A stretch of 64,000 nucleotides of DNA from NCBI RefSeq assembly GCF_006345805.1, contig NC_043006.1:64914001-64978000 (forward strand), written 5' to 3'. This DNA comes from Octopus sinensis. Its lineage: Eukaryota. The notes beneath the pieces were generated by a model, which saw only the letters and a list, made by a program, of their open reading frames with translations, made no database searches and was not told where the DNA came from. Shown here one piece after another: positions 63,007 through 64,000 of this stretch. The stretch's first letter is position 1, and the number at the start of each line of letters is the position of its first letter. The position numbers and the translations under genes are program-made.

Positions 63007-63401
63007 GAAAAGGGTTGAAAATCCAAATTTTAAATGAACCAACTTTTAAGCTAGTTCCAAATAAGAATCAAAAAGAGGCAGACAGATTACCATAATTAAA
63101 TAATAAAATTAAGATGGTTGAAAATGTTTTAAGAATTCACTTGTGTTTTACTTTTTTTGGTGCAGCCCACTAAAAAGATTCAGATTTTGGATCTGGTCTA
63201 GATATTAAAAAAATTTGAGAACCACAGGGAGAGATACTAAATGTTGAAAGCTTAATTCTGTAATTAATTGATTTCAGTCCAAAGAGAGCTAGGAATCAGA
63301 AATCAAAGGTTAAAGGGCAGGAAATATTCAATGTTACTATTAACGTACTGAATGGAATGAGATGGAATTGAAACCCTGGTTGTGTGTTCTTGGTGTTCTT
63401 A

Positions 63402-63460
63402 CCTGTGGTTCAAAACAGCAGTCACCTCATTCATCTGTTGCATCCAGTTGGACACAATAT
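63402..63460 (-). CDS. Candidate exon (NIVSNWMQQMNEVTAVLNH)
   Basis: Acceptor gattattag and donor cag|gtaaga; one open frame; product not recognised. Confidence 0.3.
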
Positions 63461-64000
63461 TCTAATAATCAGGTGTTCAAAAATTAAAACTGATCACCAG
63501 GTGTTCCTCAGAGAAAACAGACAACCAGATATTCACCAGATGAAAATGACCACCAGATGTCCAAAAACTTTTACAGTCATTTTAATTTCTTGTATCTCCA
63601 GTTTTAGTCTTTTCCCTTGTACAGTTCCCAACATCTCAGCTTCTTATTACCATTAGAAGTAATTATTATTGTTATTGTTAGCATGGACAAAATGCTTATC
63701 AGCATTTTTTCCAATTCTATTCAGTTCTGAGTTTAAATTCCAACAAGGGTGACTTTACCCTTCATCCTTTCAGGATTGATAAAATAAGTACCAGTTGAGC
63801 ACTGGATTGATATAATTGACCAAGCCCCTCACACCAAAATTTCAGGCATTGTGCCAATATCAGAAAGGATTATTATTATTGTTATAATTATTATTATCAT
63901 CATCATCATCATTAAGGCAGTGAGCTGGCGGAATCATTAGCATGCTGGACAAAATGCTTAGTGATATTTCGCCGGTCACTACATTCTGAGTTCAAATTCC

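Noticed and set aside
1290-63656. Most ORFs in the supplied six-frame track (60-165 aa)
   Set aside because: They fall in SINEs, RTE tails or microsatellites (recurrent LQLDALPNANH, HTHTH, IYIYI peptides) and are not genes.

Overview
Eukaryotic, AT-rich, repeat-dense genomic DNA. The SINE, RTE and MITE families look like those of a coleoid cephalopod, most likely Octopus; this is recognition of the repeats, not a database result. The one confidently decoded gene is CLP1 (polyribonucleotide 5'-hydroxyl kinase) on the + strand. It has 11 coding exons between 15431 and 34993 (1170 nt, 389 aa plus stop); the first ~35 codons were not found and probably lie upstream of the window. The CLP1 intron at 15545-16993 is a minor-spliceosome (U12) AT-AC intron. 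The gene also has a 28-nt micro-exon and a quadruple CAG acceptor. About 440 bp past the stop codon, on the - strand, lies a 61-nt D-armless tRNA-like (mascRNA-like) fold followed by a T14 run. The rest is tRNA-headed SINEs, RTE, CR1/L2 and HERO LINE remnants, hAT, piggyBac and mariner MITEs, and microsatellites. One foldback element family stands out: each arm carries a tRNA-like Pol III head followed by a Penelope-type minimal hammerhead ribozyme motif (copies at ~23.9, 42.6-43.1 and 48.0-49.1 kb). A few isolated - strand exon-like segments (37.8-63.5 kb) may belong to a second, unidentified gene.
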